Assembly (NCBI GenBank): GCA_963825105.1
Contig: CAWGSB010000024.1
Location: 41,615 to 105,614 of the forward strand
Origin: an uncultured Alphaproteobacteria bacterium
GTDB taxonomy: Bacteria; Pseudomonadota; Alphaproteobacteria; Rhizobiales; Xanthobacteraceae
Length of the DNA: 64,000 bases
Direction: 5' to 3'
Part shown: positions 58,202-64,000 of the stretch, one piece after another
Layout of the letters: each line of letters starts with the position of its first letter
Numbering within the stretch: position 1 is the stretch's first letter
Notes under the pieces: model-generated
What the model was told of the DNA's origin: nothing
What the model saw: only the letters and a program-made list of their open reading frames with translations
Database searches by the model: none
Position numbers and translations under genes: made by a program

Positions 58202-58987
58202 ATGAAACTTCAGATCATGAGCGACCTACATATCGATTATCCCGGCGGCCGCGGCATCCCTCCGCTGGCGCCGAGCGTCGACGTGGTCGTCGTCGCCGGC
58301 GACACGTGCCAAGGTCTCGTCCCCGCGATCGAGACGCTGCGTCGTGCCTATCCGTCGCCGACGGAGATCGTCATGGTCGCGGGGAATCATGAGCTCTGGT
58401 CGCGGAAACTCGGCTTCGAAGAGCACTTCGAAGAGGGACACTCCGCCGCCGAACTGCACGGCGTCCGCCTTCTGGAGAATTCGGTCGAGACCATCAAGGG
58501 CATCAGGATCCTGGGGTGCACGCTTTGGACGGACTACGAATTGTTCGGTCACGGCCTGCGGGAAGCGGCGATGCGGACCGCCGCCGAGAACATGCTCGAT
58601 CACCGGCGCATCAAATGGTCCCGAGAGCCTTGGGCGAGGTTTCGGCCCGCCGAGGCGCGCATCATGCACCATCAATCGCGCTCGTTTCTCGAGGACGAGA
58701 TGAAGAGACCTCACCACGCTCCATCCGTCTGGGTCGCGCATCACGCCATGACCATGGACGCGGTGGCGCCCGCCCATCAGCGCAGCATCCTGACCGCGGC
58801 GTACGCCTCCGAGATGCTGCCCATGATCGATCGCCTCAAGCCCGATCTCGCCGTCACGGGGCACACCCATCACAGCATCGATTTCAGACGTGGCCGAACT
58901 CGGCTGATCAGCAACCCCGCAGGTTACGCGGGAGAGAACGGCGCCTTCAAACCGAACCTCGTCGTCGAGTGGGTTCCCGATGTCTAG
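58202..58987 (+). CDS. Calcineurin-like metallophosphoesterase
   Basis: SDLH, AGD, GNHE, HHA, GHTH. Confidence 0.92.
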   Translation: MKLQIMSDLHIDYPGGRGIPPLAPSVDVVVVAGDTCQGLVPAIETLRRAYPSPTEIVMVAGNHELWSRKLGFEEHFEEGHSAAELHGVRLLENSVETIKGIRILGCTLWTDYELFGHGLREAAMRTAAENMLDHRRIKWSREPWARFRPAEARIMHHQSRSFLEDEMKRPHHAPSVWVAHHAMTMDAVAPAHQRSILTAAYASEMLPMIDRLKPDLAVTGHTHHSIDFRRGRTRLISNPAGYAGENGAFKPNLVVEWVPDV

Positions 58988-59111
58988 ACCTGCCATACGC
59001 GCCTGATCCTCCGCCGCCGCGAACTCGGCGCATCCGTATCGTTCGATTTCCCGGCGTCCGGAACTTTCCGGACGCCACGTTGTGCGGAAGGCTGGTTGCG
59101 GAGCGTGCGCG

Positions 59112-61199
59112 ATGACCACGACGGAAATCGATCGACTCCGAGACGAAGCCGGCCGTGGCTTCCTACCGGCTTCGCACGCCTGGCCGCCTCGCATCGCCGG
59201 CACGCGGGAGAACAGCACGCGGGCGACGACGCGGACATCGATCTACCGTCCGGTGGATGACGACGACGGGCTCCTGCCGGATCGCCGGCTGCCGGCGCCG
59301 ACGGCAAGACCGCCACGGGATCCTCGCACGGCGCTCGTCGCCATCGCGATGGCTCGGCGCCCTCACGCCGCACGATCGAGGAGGGGCTACACGGCCGGGT
59401 CGACGCTGGCTCTGGTGGTGTCGGTCCCGACCGCCGATTGGATCGCGCCGGTGACGGAATTCTTCCAGCAGCGCCCGTTCGGGAGGGAAGTGGCTCGCTT
59501 CGCGCGCGATGGCTCCGATCGCCTACCGTCACAAGGCGTCCTGGGCAACGCGGAGGTGGCGTCCGACCTTGCGGCGGGACGGTCGGTCGTGGGCATCGCC
59601 GTCAATCCCGAAGCAGTGCTTCCGGCCACCCTGGTCGCCGCAGCGGACCAGCGGATCAAGGTGGGCTCGACGGGTCCGCGGTCGTTCGAACCATCCGCGC
59701 TCTGTACGACGAAATTCCGCCGCGCATCGACGACGTCGACTTGGTCCGTCTGGACTCGACGATGTCGTGGCCGCGATGCGGCCGGGCGCCGGACACGCGC
59801 GACGTCGCCTCGCGGATCGCTGCGGCGGCGGAGGGCCGCGGCGGGGATCGGAAGCATCGACGACGTGCCGGATCTCGCCACCGCGGTCGAGTACGGCGCC
59901 GCCAGGGAATGGGGCCTCGCTCTGGCGCGCGACATGCGCGACTATCGCGCGGGCGTCCTTGCTGGAGCGCGGTGGACCGCGGAGCCGTCTTCTTCTCGGG
60001 CCCCGGCATGGGGAAGAGCGTTCTCGCAAGGAGCATCGCGCGCGCATGCGAGGCCACGCTGGTGGTCGGCAGCATCGGCGAGCTGTTCGCGACCAGTTCC
60101 GGCCATCTGGATGGCGTGATCAAGAGCATGCGCGAACTGTTCGCGCGTGCCGCGGCGGCCGCACCCTCGATCCTCTTTCTCGACGAGATCGACGGGCTGC
60201 CGTCCCGCGAAGTCTTTGAACTCGCAGGAATCGGGACTGGTGGATGCCCGTCATCGAGGATTTCATGCTGCAGTTGGACGACGCGACCAGTGGCAGGCGA
60301 GAGGGCGTCGTGGTGATCGGCGCGACGAACCGGATCGGCGCCGTCGACCCGGCGATCCTCAGGCCCGGCCGGCTCGAACGAGCCATCGAGGTGACAGCGC
60401 CGGGCCCCGACGGCATCCTCAACATCTTGCGGTTTCACGTGCGCGGCAGCCTCTCCGACGAGGAGTTACGCACCGCGATCGGACCGCTCGATGGATGCAC
60501 GGCCGCAGAGATCATGGAGACCGTACGCAGCGCACGCAGGAAAGCACGGCAGGCCGGGCGCGATGTTTTGATCGGCGACCTGAAAGATGCGGCGCTGCCA
60601 GAGCCGGAACTGCCGCCCGAGGTGCTCTACAGGATTGCGGTGCACGAGGCAGGGCACGTCTTAACCGCATATTGCTGCGGGCTCCGGGTGAAGTCGGTCC
60701 GGATCGGCGGACGGGACGGTGTCGGCGGCGTCACTCGTATCGAGCAATCCGCCGACTGGTCACGAGGCACTGGATCGAGCAACAGGTCGTCGGTCTGCTT
60801 TCGGGGCGCGCGGCGGAGATCGTCCTGCTCGGCGCCGCCTCGATCGGAGCCGGAGGCAGCGAGCGTTCCGATCTGTCGCTCGCGACGCGGTTGCTTGCGG
60901 CGATGAACCGCTCGTACGGATTGGGAGACGACGAACTGATCTATCTCGCCGACGCGGACGGCGCCCACCGCGAGCTAGGCCGCGATCCCGTCGCGCGCCG
61001 GCGGATCAATGACGCGCTGAGGCGGCTGCAGGCACGCGCCGTGGACATCGTCGGCCGCCACCGCGCACAGGTCGCCGACGTCGCTCAGGCCTTGCTCCGT
61101 CGGCGCTTCCTTTCGGCGGAGGACATCGAGGTCATTGTCGGACGGGATCGGCCTTCGCCCGAATGCGTCATGCCCGCTGGCTCCGGAAGCCGGCCGTGA
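59112..61199 (+). CDS. Soluble FtsH-like AAA+ ATPase / M41 peptidase
   Basis: GPGMGKS, LFLDEID, ATN...DPAILRPGRLE, HEAGH, LSGRAAE; many frameshifts. Confidence 0.85.
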
Positions 61200-62119
61200 A
61201 CATGCTTCCGGCATCCCGCGATCGCATCGATGACCTGGAGCGCTGCGCCTCGGTACTCCAGGCGAGCGGCGAATATCGGGTCCTTCGGCGGCTGCGCTTG
61301 ACGACGGCGCTTCCTCTTCCCGAAGGAGTACCGACGCGACGGGGGGTCATCGTCGACGTCGAGACCACCGGCCTGGATCCGGCGACGGACGAGGTTCTCG
61401 AACTCGCCATGTTGGCGTTCGATTACTCGATCGACGGAGCGTCCGTCTCGGCCATGGCGTCGTTCGATCAACTGCGGGATCCGGGCCGTCCCATTTCGCC
61501 GGAAGTGACGAAGCTGACCGGCATCACGGACGAGATGGTGGTCGGGAAGAACATCGACCCGGCCGCCGCCGACGCGTTCGTGAAGCAGGCAGCGCTGGTG
61601 ATCGCTCACAACGCGGCGTTCGACCGCCGCTTCTGCGAGCGACTCTTGCCCGTCTTCGCTGAAAAACCCTGGGCCTGCTCCCTCCGAGAGGTAGGTTGGA
61701 TCGACGAAGGATTCGAGAGCGCGCGCCTGTCGCAACTGGCCAGCGGTTTCGGGCTCTTCTTCGACGGTCACCGCGCGGGTCACGATTGCGAGGCCGCGCT
61801 CAATCTGCTTTCGCGTCCCCTACCGCGCAGCGGACGGACCGCGCTGAGCGCACTGCTCAAATCGGCCCGGCGCCCACGCTGGCGGATCCGCGCGGAAGGC
61901 GCGCCGTACGCTTCGCGCGAGACCCTGAAGCGGCGAGGGTATAGATGGGATCCCGGCGACCGCGCGAGGCGCGGCGCTTGGTGCACCGAGGTCGTGGAGG
62001 ACATTCTCGAAGCCGAGCGCGACTTCCTACGGGCCGATATCTATCGCCGACAAGATGCCGTCATCGACGCACGCCTACTGACCGCATTCGAACGCTACTC
62101 GGAAAGGTCGGACGTGTGA
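61196..62119 (+). CDS. DEDDh 3'-5' exonuclease (DnaQ-like)
   Basis: VDVETTG, HNAAFD, HRAGHDC. Confidence 0.9.
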   Translation: MNMLPASRDRIDDLERCASVLQASGEYRVLRRLRLTTALPLPEGVPTRRGVIVDVETTGLDPATDEVLELAMLAFDYSIDGASVSAMASFDQLRDPGRPISPEVTKLTGITDEMVVGKNIDPAAADAFVKQAALVIAHNAAFDRRFCERLLPVFAEKPWACSLREVGWIDEGFESARLSQLASGFGLFFDGHRAGHDCEAALNLLSRPLPRSGRTALSALLKSARRPRWRIRAEGAPYASRETLKRRGYRWDPGDRARRGAWCTEVVEDILEAERDFLRADIYRRQDAVIDARLLTAFERYSERSDV

Positions 62120-62604
62120 GGAGCGGCGCAGTTGCCCTCGGCGCTTGGAGCCTTGGCCCTTCGGATATGCGCGGGTGCGCAACCCGGAGGGCGAGTTGGC
62201 GCTTGCCCAGATGACCGCTTAGCGCCAGAAACGGTCATTTGCCCGAGTCGAGTTTGCATCGCCCGTCGTGCCATTGTCCACGCGCCCGCAAGCGGAGGCG
62301 ATATTCATCGCGGTTACGAGAACATGAAACCATCGCCCGCGATGTCGGCGTAAGATGATTGATGTTGTGTGATCCAGGGCACCAGACTGACATTCCAAAC
62401 CGAAATGCCGCCTAAGCTCGCCAATCAGATTTTGCCTATGATCAAGACACTAAGTGGCGCGCCATTCAGAATAAAACTGCGAACTCTTACCTTATTGAAA
62501 TTTCTATATAATTTCCACACCTGTGTCCCCAGAGGATGCTGTTATCGAAACCAATGTATCCCCGAGTTACCCTTGAACAGGAAAAGCCCCGGCCATCGCC
62601 GCGG

Positions 62605-63207
62605 CTACTCCTCGATGATTTGCTCAAAAACCTCGGCAGGTGCGCCGCTATGCGCGGATGCGAACTGATCGGTCGGAATTGTCGCCGTCAGCGTGACCAG
62701 ATTTGTGTCCTGGACCTCGACCAAGATGGTCCGCGCTTCTCCGAGCGCTTCGATACCCTTCCTGTCGATGGGAGCCGCCGCGATGCAAAGGTTCGAGAAG
62801 CACCAGGAGTAGGGAAGCCGAATCTCGCGTGCCTTGCTGTCGAGCCGCAGCTTCACTCCCGCCTGCAGATAGAGGCCGACCGGCAGCAATATCTGGAGGC
62901 GTGAGCTTCCTTCCCGCTCGATGAGATCGAGACGAACGGCCATCTGTCCGGTCTCCCACGTGCCCGTGATGGTCGTCCGGCAGAGCGCCTCCTTTCCGGG
63001 CGCCTTGAAGCACAGCTTGCGCCATTGCGAATATTTGATGTCCCTCGGCGAATTCCGTCCGCGCGGCGCGACTTCCGGTTCGGATAGCGGCTGGTCTTCC
63101 ATCGGCGAAGTCAGCGGCGCCGGCGAAGCTGCAAAGCCCGGTTGAGGGATCGCAAGCAAAAAGAGAGCGAGCATCGCGCTCAGGGATGACCAAGGAATAG
63201 CGCTCAT
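62605..63207 (-). CDS. Invasion-associated locus B (IalB) family protein
   Basis: Signal peptide; YSQWRKLC, LPVGLYLQAGV, YSWCFSNLC. Confidence 0.8.
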   Translation of the reverse strand: MSAIPWSSLSAMLALFLLAIPQPGFAASPAPLTSPMEDQPLSEPEVAPRGRNSPRDIKYSQWRKLCFKAPGKEALCRTTITGTWETGQMAVRLDLIEREGSSRLQILLPVGLYLQAGVKLRLDSKAREIRLPYSWCFSNLCIAAAPIDRKGIEALGEARTILVEVQDTNLVTLTATIPTDQFASAHSGAPAEVFEQIIEE

Positions 63208-63236
63208 TTCCGTTCTCCTCCGGCTCGGACTGGTGG

Positions 63237-64000
63237 TCATTGGTGCTGATCCAGGAATTTACTGACGAGCGGCGACCAGATCTCGACGCCCTTGGGAGCG
63301 TCGATCAGAAAGTGGCCATCATTTCCAAACGCATCCAGCAGATGGTATTCGGCATTGCCGCCGGCGCCGACGAACGCCTCATGCATGCGCGCCGACAGTT
63401 CGGGTCCGAAAAAAGTGTCGTTGCGGGTGTAGATCCAGAGCATCGGGATCCGCGCCCTTCGGCCGAACTCGGCCGTCGCCGCGACAAGCCTGTCGGGAGC
63501 GCAGTTGTTATTCGGCTTGCCGTCGACCCGGCCCCCGCGGCCCGCCGCAAAAACGATGACCGCCTTGACGCCAGGCGGGTTCAGGCTGGCGAGCGCAATT
63601 GACCCCCAGCCCCCCGCTGACTGTCCGACGATGATCGTGCTGTCAGGCAGAATAATCTTTTGGTCGGTCAGATACCTGATGGTTGAAAGATCGTACTGCG
63701 CGATCGCCAACCCGGCATCCCGGAAGTTGGGGTTGGCGCATTTGCCGATCTTGGAAAAGAACGAGCCATAGAGCCCCCGCTCCGGAACATCCAGGCCGGC
63801 GGCGCCATAGCCGGGTCCGGCCGGGGCGACGACGAGATAGCCCCGGCGGGCGAACCAGAAGGCCGCATCGCGAAATTCGACCAGTGGAAAGAAGCTGCGT
63901 TCCCTGGGATCCATGGCCACGCCATGGTTCATGATCGCAAGGGGGAAAGGCCCTTTCCCCGCGGGCCTGATGACATAGGCGATCGAGGGAAGCGAAAGCG
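63237..64000 (-). CDS. Alpha/beta hydrolase (dienelactone-hydrolase-like), 5' end beyond the window
   Basis: MNHG, GQSAGG, NDTFF, DGH. Confidence 0.85.
   Translation of the reverse strand, partial: LSLPSIAYVIRPAGKGPFPLAIMNHGVAMDPRERSFFPLVEFRDAAFWFARRGYLVVAPAGPGYGAAGLDVPERGLYGSFFSKIGKCANPNFRDAGLAIAQYDLSTIRYLTDQKIILPDSTIIVGQSAGGWGSIALASLNPPGVKAVIVFAAGRGGRVDGKPNNNCAPDRLVAATAEFGRRARIPMLWIYTRNDTFFGPELSARMHEAFVGAGGNAEYHLLDAFGNDGHFLIDAPKGVEIWSPLVSKFLDQHQ

Larger units (their letters stand above)
53013..64000. mobile_element. Tyrosine-integrase genomic island inserted at tRNA-Ser (right end probably beyond the window)
   Basis: att fragment ~90 bp upstream of the integrase; XRE, HNH and phage-like cargo. 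Confidence 0.7.

Noticed and set aside
57585-58205. ORFs running through the pentamer tract (57585-58205, the tail of 56999-57748 and antisense ORFs)
   Set aside because: Low-complexity Arg/Gly translations; the repaired RAMP frame stops at 57572 and a 5-nt period does not fit codon structure.
53124-64000. Complete prophage
   Set aside because: No terminase, capsid, tail or lysis genes in the visible part.

Overview
GC-rich alphaproteobacterial chromosome segment. Gene content and REP-like repeats point to Bradyrhizobium or a close relative (inference). Single-base indels break many conserved genes at roughly even density, which is best explained by uncorrected long-read errors, so split ORFs were joined by eye. 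Bases 1-48.8 kb are core-like: a pseudo-caspase/OmpA/RND locus, PAS kinases, a DxDTT terpene-cyclase-like gene, an ABC transporter, an MBOAT pair, oligopeptidase B, a cheA-W-Y-R cluster, a GH1 glycosidase and a cold-shock gene. From about 48.85 kb to the end is a stack of mobile DNA at the 3' end of a tRNA-Ser. It contains an IS481 remnant, two cassettes each opened by a 54-bp repeat encoding a serine-recombinase C-terminal tail, a tRNA-Ser 3' fragment (53013-53032), and a tyrosine-integrase island with an IS5 inserted at the integrase stop codon. The best find is inside that island. An operon encodes a small HNH nuclease and a ~190-aa Cas7/RAMP-like protein, and is followed directly by a non-coding tract of ten GGY triplets separated by variable dinucleotides and closed by hairpins (57584-57686). 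This is a candidate compact, non-CRISPR RNA-guided system (VIPR-like).
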